From the NCBI GenBank assembly GCA_035655235.1, contig DASRUX010000353.1, positions 1-44,261 of the forward strand: a stretch of DNA of 44,261 nucleotides, in the 5' to 3' direction. The DNA comes from Rhodocyclaceae bacterium. GTDB taxonomy: Bacteria > Pseudomonadota > Gammaproteobacteria > Burkholderiales > Rhodocyclaceae. The notes beneath the pieces are model-generated. The model had not been told where the DNA came from and searched no databases. It was given only the letters and a program-made list of their open reading frames with translations. The translations under genes and the position numbers were made by a program. Positions 8,419 through 17,533 of the stretch are shown piece after piece. Every line of letters begins with the position of its first letter. Within the stretch, counting starts at the first letter, position 1.

Positions 8419-8606
8419 CCCGGGATGAGCCCGAAGCGGAAAGCGACCATGAGGATGATGAACAGGCCGATGGAGAGGCCGATACGCACGGTCAGGGCCC
8501 GGACGGCCCGGGTGCCGGCGCCCCGGTCCCGATAGAGGAAGAACAACCCGGAAAAGAGGCTGGCGACGATGGCTAACAGCATCAGGATGACGAGAGGCTT
8601 GATCAT
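8406..8606 (-). CDS. Twin-transmembrane-helix small protein (DUF2909-like)
   Basis: 66 aa (MIKPLVILMLLAIVASLFSGLFFLYRDRG...) with two TM helices. GGAGG RBS. Its 3' end overlaps the coxC stop convergently by 13 nt. Confidence 0.7.
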   Translation of the reverse strand: MIKPLVILMLLAIVASLFSGLFFLYRDRGAGTRAVRALTVRIGLSIGLFIILMVAFRFGLIPGYSQ

Positions 8607-8667
8607 GGCTGCATCCTCCAGGGGCCGGCGGAAAATCGAGTATGCGCGCCACGCGCCGGCCCCGGCA

Positions 8668-9396
8668 ATGAATCGAATCCTGTACTCCCGGCGGCAGGTG
8701 GCGCTGTGGGGCGGCCTCTTGCTCCTGGTCCTGCTGCCCCTCTTCATTTCCCTGGGGATGTGGCAATGGAACAAGGCCGAGGCCAAGTTCGCCCGGCAGG
8801 CGGACCTGGAGGCCTTGAGCCGGGGCGCCCCGGCGGCCATGCCCCGCCAGCCCGCCAGCGCCGAATCCCTGCGCTACCGGCATTTCGCCCTCTTGGGGGA
8901 ATACGACGCCGCCCGCCAGATTCTCATCGACAACCGGGTCCAGGGGGGCCAGGCCGGCTATGAGGTGGTGACCCCATTGAAGCTCGCCGGTTCCGACCTG
9001 CACGTCCTGGTGAACCGGGGCTGGATACCCGCCCCCGCCGACCACAGCCAGGTACCAGCCGCCCCGCCCCCGGCCGGGACCGTGGCCATCACCGGCATCG
9101 CCGTGGTGCCGCCGGTCCGCTTCTTCACCCTGGCACCCGACGGGGCCGGCGAATCACAGTCCAACTGGCAGCCCGTCTGGCAAAACCTGGACCTGGAGCG
9201 CTTCCGCCGCCTCGACCCCTACCCGACCCAGCCGGTGGTGCTCCAGCTCGACCCCGACGCCCCCGGCGGCTACGGCCGGCAATGGGTCCAGCCGGAGGAA
9301 GGCGCGGACCGGAATCTCGGCTACGCGGTCCAATGGTTCGGATTCGCCATTGCCAGCCTCGGCATCTGGCTCTATTTCCTGGTGCGCCGCCCATGA
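8668..9396 (+). CDS. SURF1 family cytochrome oxidase biogenesis protein
   Basis: N-terminal TM followed by GMWQWNKAE, VLVNRGWIP, and C-terminal YAVQWFGFAI plus TM: the typical SURF1/Shy1 layout. Internal ATG at 8668 chosen as start. Confidence 0.8.
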   Translation: MNRILYSRRQVALWGGLLLLVLLPLFISLGMWQWNKAEAKFARQADLEALSRGAPAAMPRQPASAESLRYRHFALLGEYDAARQILIDNRVQGGQAGYEVVTPLKLAGSDLHVLVNRGWIPAPADHSQVPAAPPPAGTVAITGIAVVPPVRFFTLAPDGAGESQSNWQPVWQNLDLERFRRLDPYPTQPVVLQLDPDAPGGYGRQWVQPEEGADRNLGYAVQWFGFAIASLGIWLYFLVRRP

Positions 9397-9908
9397 AACC
9401 CAGCCCCCGTTGGACCCTTTTCCTCATCGTCCTGCTCCTCGCCCTGCCCTTCGTCGCCGGCACCGGGCTCTACGTTTCCGGCTGGCGGCCGGCCGGCACG
9501 GTGAACAACGGCGTCCTCATCACGCCCCCCGCCACCCTGGCCTCGCCGGCGGACTGGGAGGGCAAGTGGTCCCTGCTCCTGGTCCACGACGCCCCCTGCG
9601 GCGCCCCCTGCGCCCAGCGCCTGGACGAGCTGCGCCGGGTGCGCCTGTCCCTCGGCCAGCAGATGGCGCGCACCCGGGTGGTATGGATGGGCAGGGCGGT
9701 GGGCCGGGAAGCCACCAACCTGAAAGGGGTCATCCCGGACCTGGCCACCCTGGACGAGGTTTCCCACCTCCTGGGCACGCTGCCCCCGGGCAGCGTGGTC
9801 CTGGTGGACCCTAACGGCCTGGCCATGATGCGCTACCCGCCGGGGGCCGACCCCCGGGGCATGCGGGCCGACCTGGAACGGCTGCTGAAGTACGTCTGGA
9901 GCGCCTGA
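9393..9908 (+). CDS. Membrane-anchored hypothetical protein with CGAPC motif (possibly a divergent Sco/thioredoxin fold)
   Basis: ATGA overlap with SURF1. One N-terminal TM. LLLVHDAPCGAPCAQRL and VVLVDPNGLAMMRY parallel the SCO1 segments FFGYTACPDVCPTTL and AYVFDPAGRLRLFV in this same window. Confidence 0.6.
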   Translation: MKPSPRWTLFLIVLLLALPFVAGTGLYVSGWRPAGTVNNGVLITPPATLASPADWEGKWSLLLVHDAPCGAPCAQRLDELRRVRLSLGQQMARTRVVWMGRAVGREATNLKGVIPDLATLDEVSHLLGTLPPGSVVLVDPNGLAMMRYPPGADPRGMRADLERLLKYVWSA

Positions 9909-9924
9909 CAACAAGGAGAACCCC

Positions 9925-10842
9925 ATGGTCGCCGCCACCGCCCGCCCCGCCGCCCAAACCGTCTCTCGCCCGGCCTCCCTGGGCGCCCACCTGGCTGCAT
10001 TCACCCAGCTCTGCAAGCCCCGGGTGAATGCCCTCATCGTGTTCACCGCCATGATCGGCATGCTGCTCGCCTCCCCCGGCTTCCCGCCCCTGGCGCGGCT
10101 GGTGGTCGCCTCCCTGAGCATCGGCCTGGTGGCCTGCGCGGCGGCGGCCATCAACTGCCTGGTGGAGCGCACGGTGGACGCCCTCATGCTGCGCACCCGC
10201 TGGCGCCCCACGGCCCGGGGCGAGGTGGGCAGCCTGGAAATCCTGAGCCTCGCCATGCTTCTGGGGGGCACCGGCCTCTGGCTCCTGCACGCCTTCATCA
10301 ACGACCTGACCATGGGGCTGACCCTGGCCACCTTCCTCGGCTACGCGGTGATCTACACGGTGGTATTGAAGCCCGCCACCCCCATGAATATCGTCATCGG
10401 CGGCGCCTCCGGGGCCATGCCGCCGGTGCTCGGCTGGACGGCCATGACCGGCCACCTGGCCCTGGAGCCCCTGGCCCTCTTCCTCATCATCTTCCTGTGG
10501 ACCCCGCCCCACTTCTGGGCTCTGGCCTGCTACCGGCGGGACGACTACGCCCGGGCGGGGCTCCCCATGCTGCCGGTGACCCACGGGGTGGAATTCACCT
10601 GCCAGCACATCCTGCTCTACACCGTCATGCTGGCCGCCGCCAGCCTGGTGCCGGTGTCCCTGGGCATGAGCGGCTGGTTCTACCTGGCGGCCGTCAGCGC
10701 CATCGACCTGGGCTTCCTAATCCTGGCCCTGCGCCTCTGCCGCAGCTACAGCGACGAACTGGCCCGGCAGACCTTCCGCTATTCCATCGCCTACCTCACC
10801 CTGCTCTTCGCCGCCCTCTTCCTCGACCGGCTCTTCCAATGA
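9925..10842 (+). CDS. ctaB: Protohaem IX farnesyltransferase (haem O synthase)
   Basis: 305 aa polytopic UbiA-type protein. NCLVERTVDALMLRTRWRP and FLWTPPHFWALA motifs. Confidence 0.92.
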   Translation: MVAATARPAAQTVSRPASLGAHLAAFTQLCKPRVNALIVFTAMIGMLLASPGFPPLARLVVASLSIGLVACAAAAINCLVERTVDALMLRTRWRPTARGEVGSLEILSLAMLLGGTGLWLLHAFINDLTMGLTLATFLGYAVIYTVVLKPATPMNIVIGGASGAMPPVLGWTAMTGHLALEPLALFLIIFLWTPPHFWALACYRRDDYARAGLPMLPVTHGVEFTCQHILLYTVMLAAASLVPVSLGMSGWFYLAAVSAIDLGFLILALRLCRSYSDELARQTFRYSIAYLTLLFAALFLDRLFQ

Positions 10843-11831
10843 TGATCGCCTACCGCCGCCTCCTCGCCTTCGCCGCCGTCCTCGCCTTCGGGGTGGTGGC
10901 CCTGGGCGCCTGGGTGCGGCTGTCCGACGCCGGCCTGGGCTGCCCGGACTGGCCCGGGTGCTACGGCCAGTGGCTGGGGGTGCCCGACCATGCCGCCGAT
11001 GCGGCCAAGGCCTGGAAGGAGATGGTGCACCGCTATTTCGCCGGCACCCTGGGGCTGAGCATCTTCGGCCTCTGCCTGTTCGCCTGGCGCCAGCGCCCCC
11101 GCCTGTCGCCGGTCCTGCCCACCACCCTGGCCGGCATCGTGGTCTGCCAGGCGTTGCTGGGGATGTGGACCGTGACTCTGCTGTTGAAGCCGGTCATCGT
11201 CAGCGCTCATCTCCTGGGTGGCATGACCACCCTGGCCTTGCTGGTGTGGCTCAATTTGAAGGAAAGGAAGACGGAAACCCCGCCGGCCACGGCCGGGCTG
11301 CGGGCGGCCGGCCTCGTTGCCCTGGCCGCCGTCGCCCTCCAGATCGCCTTAGGGGGCTGGGTGAGCAGCAACTACGCCGCCCTGGCCTGCCCGGATTTCC
11401 CCGCCTGCCGGGGAGAATGGCTGCCGGCCATGGACTTCGGCCACGCCTTCACCTTCCGCCGTGAACTGGGCCAGACCGCCGCCGGCGCCCTCCTGCCCGC
11501 CGAGGCCCTTACCGCCATCCATTGGAGCCATCGCCTGGGCGCCGCCCTAGTGACCCTGGCGGTGGGCGGATGGGGCTTGGCCCTGGCCCGCCGGCCCGGC
11601 TGGGGCGCCTGGGGCGGACTGCTCCTTGGCCTGCTCAGCCTGCAGATCGGACTCGGCATCGCCAACGTCCTGCTCTCCCTGCCCTTGCCCGTGGCGGTGG
11701 CCCACAATGCCGTCGCCGCCCTGCTGTTGTCGGTGATGGTGGCGGCAAATTGCCGGTTATGGTTCCCCCGCATGGCGCCGCTTGTCGAACCTGCCCGACA
11801 AGCGGATGTACGAAGAGAGAGGCGGGGCTGA
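10839..11831 (+). CDS. ctaA: Haem A synthase (COX15/CtaA)
   Basis: ATG at 10839 overlaps the ctaB stop. GAWVRLSDAGLGCPDWPGCYG, and a second Cys pair in ALACPDFPAC. Multiple TM segments with conserved His residues. Confidence 0.88.
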   Translation: MMIAYRRLLAFAAVLAFGVVALGAWVRLSDAGLGCPDWPGCYGQWLGVPDHAADAAKAWKEMVHRYFAGTLGLSIFGLCLFAWRQRPRLSPVLPTTLAGIVVCQALLGMWTVTLLLKPVIVSAHLLGGMTTLALLVWLNLKERKTETPPATAGLRAAGLVALAAVALQIALGGWVSSNYAALACPDFPACRGEWLPAMDFGHAFTFRRELGQTAAGALLPAEALTAIHWSHRLGAALVTLAVGGWGLALARRPGWGAWGGLLLGLLSLQIGLGIANVLLSLPLPVAVAHNAVAALLLSVMVAANCRLWFPRMAPLVEPARQADVRRERRG

Positions 11832-11848
11832 GGCGGAGGATAATTCCC

Positions 11849-13519
11849 ATGGCCCGTCTGCAAGAGTTCTTTGCCCGGTTGCGGCAGGCCGCCCGCGGCA
11901 GGGATTCGCGCCCTCCAACGGCGCCTGCGACCGAGCGGCGGCTCCGGGTGGAGCGCAGGGCCGCCCTCAGGGCGCTTTACAACCACGAGGTACGGGTCCG
12001 TTGCGCCGCCCAGGAGGTGGGCTTCGGCACTTATGAACTGGACTGCATCAGCGGCCGGATTCATTGGTCCCCCGAGCTGAGGAGCATTGCGGGCCAGCCC
12101 CTGGGAACGGATTCCTTGGCGCTGGAGCAGCTGCTGGGTCTCGTCCATCCGGAGGACAGGGAGCGGGTCCGCCTCAAGTTGGAAGCCGCCATGGCTCCCG
12201 AGGGAAATGGCGATTTCAATGACGAGCACCGTCTGTTGCGGCCTGACGGCGCCGTCATCTGGGTGAAGGCCATCGGTCGCACCTTCTTTTCCGGGGAGGG
12301 GCAGAACCGGCAGGCCCTGGGCGCAACCGGCGTGGTGATGGATGTCACCGACCGAAAACTGGCCGAGGCCGCCCTGGTCCTTCGGGAACAGCACTTCGAC
12401 CAGGCCGTGCGCGGGGCCGCCATCGGTATCTGGAACTGGGATCTGCGCACGGGCGAGGTCGCCTGGTCGGAGCGCTGCCGCCAACTTTACGGCTTTCCAT
12501 CCGGCCAACCCATTACCGAAGAGCAATTCCTGACCACCCTGCATCCCGATGACCGGGACCGTACCGCCGCGGCTCTGCACGAAGCGGTGGATGCCCACCG
12601 GGAATACAGCATCGAGTACCGCATCCGGTCACCGGACAACAGGACTATCCGCTGGATTCATGCGATCGGAAGCGCCTTCTACGATGACAGGACCCAAGCC
12701 CCTGTCAGCATGAGCGGCATCGTCATCGACATCACCGAGCGGAAACTCCAGGAAGGAAGACTCCTGGACAGCAATGAGCAACTGGCGAGCCAAGCGGAGC
12801 AAGACCGGGCCGAACTGGGCGAAGCCCAGGAAGCGCTGGCGAACACCAAACTGGAAATCCAGCAATTCGCCTACATCGCCGCCCACGACCTGCAGACGCC
12901 CCTGCGCTCCATCACCGGCTTCGCCCAATTGCTCCAGAAGGAGTATCGGGGACGGACCCTCGACGCCCAGGGCGATGCCTGGCTGGATCAGCTGGTCACC
13001 GCTTCCCTCCACATGCACGGGCTCATCCAGGACTTGCTGACCTATTCCGGCATTACGTCCCTCGGGCGGCCTTTCCGGGCCACCGACATGAACCAGGTCT
13101 TCGACGAGGTGGTTTCTTCCGCCGAAACGGCCATCCGCGAAGCCGGCGCGGCGGTGACCCGGGACGAACTGCCGACTGTGACGGGCGACCCTATCCAACT
13201 GGCGACCCTGCTCCAGAACCTGATCGAAAACGGCATCAAGTACCGGGGCGGAAACCCGCCCCGAGTCCATGTCTCGGCCCGCCGGGACGGGAGGGAATGG
13301 GTATTTTCCGTTCGGGACAACGGCATCGGGATCGCCGAAAAACACCACGAGCAGATTTTTGAAATCTTCCGGCGCCTCCACACTCAGCGGGCCTACGCCG
13401 GCAGCGGCATCGGCTTGGCGATCTGCCGCCGGGTGGTTCAGCGCCACGGAGGAAGAATCTGGGTGGACTCGGAACCCGGGACAGGAAGCGACTTCCAGTT
13501 CTCTCTGCCGGCAACTTGA
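11849..13519 (+). CDS. Soluble sensor histidine kinase (PAS-PAS-HisKA-HATPase_c), with no cognate response regulator in the window
   Basis: GGAGGA RBS 17 nt after the ctaA stop. Two PAS_3-like repeats (GTYELDCISGRIHWS..., GIWNWDLRTGEVAWS...). H-box FAYIAAHDLQTPLRSI. N/G boxes (NLIENGIKY, DNGIGI, GSGIGL). No TM segment. Confidence 0.88.
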   Translation: MARLQEFFARLRQAARGRDSRPPTAPATERRLRVERRAALRALYNHEVRVRCAAQEVGFGTYELDCISGRIHWSPELRSIAGQPLGTDSLALEQLLGLVHPEDRERVRLKLEAAMAPEGNGDFNDEHRLLRPDGAVIWVKAIGRTFFSGEGQNRQALGATGVVMDVTDRKLAEAALVLREQHFDQAVRGAAIGIWNWDLRTGEVAWSERCRQLYGFPSGQPITEEQFLTTLHPDDRDRTAAALHEAVDAHREYSIEYRIRSPDNRTIRWIHAIGSAFYDDRTQAPVSMSGIVIDITERKLQEGRLLDSNEQLASQAEQDRAELGEAQEALANTKLEIQQFAYIAAHDLQTPLRSITGFAQLLQKEYRGRTLDAQGDAWLDQLVTASLHMHGLIQDLLTYSGITSLGRPFRATDMNQVFDEVVSSAETAIREAGAAVTRDELPTVTGDPIQLATLLQNLIENGIKYRGGNPPRVHVSARRDGREWVFSVRDNGIGIAEKHHEQIFEIFRRLHTQRAYAGSGIGLAICRRVVQRHGGRIWVDSEPGTGSDFQFSLPAT

Positions 13520-13555
13520 AACCGTTTCCCGGCGGCGCCCCGTACCGATCCGGCC

Positions 13556-14065
13556 TTACGGGAAGGCCGGAATGGTCGGGTCGCAGCCCATGCATTCCGC
13601 CTCGGGGTGATGTTCCTTGATCATGGCCTCGATCCTCTGGACCTTGTCCTTGGGCACATCCACCATCACCAGGATTTCGCCCCGCTCGATGGCTTCCTCG
13701 TAATCCTTGTGCCGGCGGTTGCCGATGCCGGCGCCGATCATGCTCGACCACCAGGCCCCCAGGCCGGCCCCCGCCAGGGAAGCGGCGAGCACCGCCCCGC
13801 CGCCCAGCACCAGGCCGCCTACCGGCAGGGCCAGGGCCACCAGCCCGGCGATCGCCCCGGTGGCGCCGCCCACGGCCACGCCCTGCTCCAGGGCGGGGAG
13901 GAAATCAGTCTTCTGCATGAAGCCGGCTTCCGGCATGTCCTCCAGGGGCGTGCCGCGGCGGGCGAGGACGTGGATATGCCGCTCATCCACCCGGGCCAAC
14001 AGCAGGTCGTCGACGATTTTCCGGGTGATGTCCACATTGGGCACCAGGAAGTACATCCGTCTCAT
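13556..14065 (-). CDS. Glycine-zipper membrane protein with a split YflT/DUF1269-like soluble domain (general-stress-type)
   Basis: 169 aa. Central Gly/Ala-rich TM pair (GVAVGGATGAIAGLVALALPVGG...). The C-terminal GEILVMVDVPKDKV resembles GGVILAVDVPDGAS of the 1599-2681 protein. Family naming is tentative. Confidence 0.6.
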   Translation of the reverse strand: MRRMYFLVPNVDITRKIVDDLLLARVDERHIHVLARRGTPLEDMPEAGFMQKTDFLPALEQGVAVGGATGAIAGLVALALPVGGLVLGGGAVLAASLAGAGLGAWWSSMIGAGIGNRRHKDYEEAIERGEILVMVDVPKDKVQRIEAMIKEHHPEAECMGCDPTIPAFP

Positions 14066-14296
14066 GGCTTTCGCTCCGCAACAAGGGCACCTCGATTCCG
14101 TATGATCGCCCCGCCTCCATTTCGATCCATCGGATTGCAGTGGGGAAAAGACCGCCCGCCAAAATACGGGGATGGCGCGAGGAACCTACCCCCGGGGCCA
14201 TTTTCCAAACGGGTGCAACTTGGTTCCCTGTCCGGGCACAACGCCTAGGGAGGATGGGGCGGACGGGGTGTCGCAAGCTCACATGGACGGCGCCCT

Positions 14297-14782
14297 ATGG
14301 TGGAATTCGTGCGCGCCGGCGATCCGGCGCATTTCAGCGTCACGGCGCGGCCCAATTACGTGGCCGGCAGCGCCGGCCTGCGCTTGGCCATGGTGGTCCT
14401 GCTGCCCTGGTGGGGCGGCGTTGGCGCCGTGTTCGTGAGCCTGGGCGCCTGGCCCGTCACCCTCTTCATGCTCCTGCCCCTCCTCGGCCTGGCCTGGGCC
14501 TTCCATCAGGTGGAGCGCCACGCTGGGGATTTCGAGCGCCTGGTCCTGGACGACGACCGACTGGTCCTCGACATCCACGGCCCGGACGAGGACCGCCACC
14601 TGGAATTCAACAGCCAATGGGTCCAGGTGGCCCTCCAGCCCGCCTCGGTGGGGGGCGGCAAGATCATCACCCTGCGTTCCCACGGCAAGGAGGTGGCCTT
14701 CGGCCATCTGCTTTCGGACGAGGAACGCACCGCCATCGGCCGCGAACTGACCCTGCGGCTTGCCAAGATCAAGCACTGTTAG
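14297..14782 (+). CDS. DUF2244-type integral membrane protein (oxidase-associated)
   Basis: 161 aa. Two TM helices followed by the pattern HLEFNSQWVQV...LRSHGKEVAFGHLLSDEERTAIGREL. Lies 15 nt upstream of coxB2. Confidence 0.7.
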   Translation: MVEFVRAGDPAHFSVTARPNYVAGSAGLRLAMVVLLPWWGGVGAVFVSLGAWPVTLFMLLPLLGLAWAFHQVERHAGDFERLVLDDDRLVLDIHGPDEDRHLEFNSQWVQVALQPASVGGGKIITLRSHGKEVAFGHLLSDEERTAIGRELTLRLAKIKHC

Positions 14783-14797
14783 CCAGGAGACCAGGGA

Positions 14798-15934
14798 ATG
14801 AGGCTACCAAGAATGACCACAATAACCAGCCTGAGCCTTCCGGCCGCCGCCCTGCTCCTCAGCCTTCCCGCCCGGGCGTACCAGTTCCCCGTCGCCATGC
14901 AGGCGCCGGTGACCAGCGTCGGGAGGGAAATCTACGACCTCAACACCATCATCAACTGGATTTGCGCCGGGCTCTTCCTCCTGGTCTTCGTGCCCATGGT
15001 CTACGCCCTGTGGCACCACCGCAAATCCATCGGCCACCCGCCCCACCATTTCCATGAAAACCCCAGGCTGGAGGCGCTGTGGACCGTCGTCCCCTTCATC
15101 ATCCTGATCGGCATCGCCATCCCCACCACGGCAGTGGTGGTGGATATGAAGGACACCAGCAAGCCGGACATGACCATCAAGATCACCGGCCGGCAATGGA
15201 AGTGGGAATACGAATACCTGGGCCAGGAGGTGAAGTTCATCAGCTCCCTAGCCACTTCCCGGGACCAAGTGAATAACAAGGCGCCCAAGTCGGAGCATTA
15301 CCTCCTGGAGGTGGACAAGCCCCTGGTGGTGCCCACCGGCCAGAAGGTGCGCCTGGTATTCACTGCCGCCGACGTCATCCACGCCTGGTGGGTGCCCGCC
15401 CTGGGGGTGAAGCAGGATGCCATCCCCGGCTTCATCCGGGATGCCTGGTTCAAGATCGACCAGCCCGGCACCTACCGGGGCCAGTGCGCCGAGCTGTGCG
15501 GGGTGGACCACGGCTACATGCCCATCGTCGTCGAGGCCGTGGCGCCGGAGAAGTTCGCCGCCTGGATGGGCCAGCAGAAGACCCAGCTGGCCGAAGCCAA
15601 GGCCGCCGCCAGCAAGGAATACGCCCTGCCCGAGCTGGTGGCCATGGGCCAGAAGGTCTATACGGCCAACTGCGTTTCCTGCCACCAGGCCAACGGCCAG
15701 GGCCTGCCGCCGGCCTTCCCGCCCTTGAACGGCTCCAAGGTGGTGACGGGCACCACGGCGGGCCATCTGGACGTGGTCTTCCACGGCCGGCCGGGAACGC
15801 CCATGCCGGCTTTCGGCCCCCAGCTTTCGGACCTGGACATCGCCGCCGTGGTCACCTACGAGCGCAATTCCTGGAACAACAAGACCGGCAACTCGGTACA
15901 GCCCCGGGAAGTCGCCGCCCTGCGCAACAAGTGA
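14798..15934 (+). CDS. coxB: Cytochrome c oxidase subunit II with fused cytochrome c domain (locus 2)
   Basis: Signal peptide. CuA site (VIHAWWVP ... [13 protein letters not shown]). C-terminal CVSCH haem motif. Confidence 0.93.
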   Translation: MRLPRMTTITSLSLPAAALLLSLPARAYQFPVAMQAPVTSVGREIYDLNTIINWICAGLFLLVFVPMVYALWHHRKSIGHPPHHFHENPRLEALWTVVPFIILIGIAIPTTAVVVDMKDTSKPDMTIKITGRQWKWEYEYLGQEVKFISSLATSRDQVNNKAPKSEHYLLEVDKPLVVPTGQKVRLVFTAADVIHAWWVPALGVKQDAIPGFIRDAWFKIDQPGTYRGQCAELCGVDHGYMPIVVEAVAPEKFAAWMGQQKTQLAEAKAAASKEYALPELVAMGQKVYTANCVSCHQANGQGLPPAFPPLNGSKVVTGTTAGHLDVVFHGRPGTPMPAFGPQLSDLDIAAVVTYERNSWNNKTGNSVQPREVAALRNK

Positions 15935-15944
15935 AGGAATCCCC

Positions 15945-17522
15945 ATGGAAGCCGTCCTGAACGACCACGCCAGCCATCACGAGGACCATCCCCGGGGCCT
16001 GATGCGCTGGCTCACCACCACCAACCACAAGGACATCGGTTCCCTGTACCTGTGGTTTTCCCTGCTCATGTTCTTCTTTGCCGGAGCCCTGGCGATGCTG
16101 ATCCGGGCGGAACTGTTCCAGCCGGGCATCCAGATCGTCCAGCCCAACGTCTTCAACCAGCTCACCACCATGCACGGCCTGATCATGATTTTCGGGGCCA
16201 TCATGCCGGCCCTGACGGGCTTCGCCAATTGGCAGATCCCGCTCATGATCGGCGCCCCGGACATGGCCTTCCCGCGCATGAACAACTGGAGCTTCTGGCT
16301 CCTGCCGGTGGCGGCCATCCTGCTTTCCACCTCCTTCCTCGTCCCCGGCGGCGCCGCGGCGGGGGGCTGGACCATGTATCCGCCCCTCTACATCCAGGGG
16401 GGCATCTCCTACGACATGACCATCCTGGCCATCCACATCATGGGCCTCTCGTCCATCATGGGGGCCATCAACATCATCGTCACCATATTGAACCTGCGGG
16501 CACCGGGGATGACCCTGATGAAGATGCCGCTGTTCGTATGGACCTGGCTGATCACCGCCTTCCTGCTGGTCGCCGTGATGCCGGTGCTGGCCAGCGTGGT
16601 GACCATGCTCCTCACCGACCGCCACTTCGGTACCCATTTCTTCAACGCGGCCGGCGGCGGCGACCCGGTGATGTACCAGCACATCTTCTGGACCTTCGGG
16701 CACCCGGAGGTGTACATCATGATCCTGCCGGCCTTCGGGATCATTTCCACCATCATCCCCACCTTCGCCAGGAAGAAGCTCTTCGGCTACACCTCCATGG
16801 TCTATGCGGTGGCGGCCATCGCCGGGCTGTCCTTCATGGTCTGGGCCCACCACATGTTCACCACCGGCATGCCGGTAGCCGGGCAGCTCTACTTCATGTA
16901 CGCCACCATGCTCATCTCGGTGCCGACGGGGGTGAAGGTGTTCAACTGGGTGGCGACCCTGTGGCGGGGGTCCATCTCCTTCGAGACCCCCATGCTCTTC
17001 GCCCTGGCCTTCGTCTGCCTGTTCACCATCGGCGGCTTCTCGGGGCTGGTGGTGTCCATCGTGCCGGTGGATATCCAGCTCCAGGACACCTACTACGTGG
17101 TGGCCCATTTCCATTACGTGCTCTTTTCCGGCTCGGCCATGGCCATCATGGGCGGCATCTACTACTGGCTGCCCAAATGGACCGGCCACATGTACGACGA
17201 ATTCTGGGGCAGGGTGCATTTCTGGCTCACCGCCATCGCCTTCAACATCACTTTCTTCCCCATGCACTTCCTGGGGCTGGCCGGGATGCCCCGGCGCATC
17301 CCGGACTACGCCCTGCAATTCGCCGACCTCAACCGGCTGGAAAGTCTGGGGTCCTTCGTCCTCGGGGCCAGCCAGCTCATCTTCCTGTACGTGGTGGTGA
17401 AGTGCATCCGGGGCGGCGCCCGGGCCGGCGACCGGCCCTGGGAAGGGGCCGACACCCTGGAATGGACCCTGCCGTCGCCGCCGCCCTATCACTCCTTCAC
17501 CGTCGCCCCGGCGATCAAATAG
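15945..17522 (+). CDS. coxA: Cytochrome c oxidase subunit I (locus 2)
   Basis: 525 aa. [37 protein letters not shown] and WAHHMFT. Confidence 0.97.
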   Translation: MEAVLNDHASHHEDHPRGLMRWLTTTNHKDIGSLYLWFSLLMFFFAGALAMLIRAELFQPGIQIVQPNVFNQLTTMHGLIMIFGAIMPALTGFANWQIPLMIGAPDMAFPRMNNWSFWLLPVAAILLSTSFLVPGGAAAGGWTMYPPLYIQGGISYDMTILAIHIMGLSSIMGAINIIVTILNLRAPGMTLMKMPLFVWTWLITAFLLVAVMPVLASVVTMLLTDRHFGTHFFNAAGGGDPVMYQHIFWTFGHPEVYIMILPAFGIISTIIPTFARKKLFGYTSMVYAVAAIAGLSFMVWAHHMFTTGMPVAGQLYFMYATMLISVPTGVKVFNWVATLWRGSISFETPMLFALAFVCLFTIGGFSGLVVSIVPVDIQLQDTYYVVAHFHYVLFSGSAMAIMGGIYYWLPKWTGHMYDEFWGRVHFWLTAIAFNITFFPMHFLGLAGMPRRIPDYALQFADLNRLESLGSFVLGASQLIFLYVVVKCIRGGARAGDRPWEGADTLEWTLPSPPPYHSFTVAPAIK

Positions 17523-17533
17523 CGGAGGCCGCC

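Noticed and set aside
10497-10838. N-terminal extensions of the ORF-track entries for ctaA (444 aa), mpl (675 aa, 22547-23218), coxC of locus 2 (770 aa), the histidine kinase (665 aa), accC and others.
   Set aside because: The extensions overlap upstream genes in another frame and are Arg/Pro/Gly-rich. Internal ATGs with an RBS or start/stop overlaps give proteins that begin at the family-typical N-termini.
14066-14296. Searched this gap and 4192-4270 for FNR/ANR boxes (TTGAT-N4-ATCAA) that could explain differential oxidase regulation.
   Set aside because: No match better than a single half-site was seen. The TTGAT occurrences elsewhere (for example near 1527, 2735 and 13629) lie inside coding sequence and lack the second half-site.
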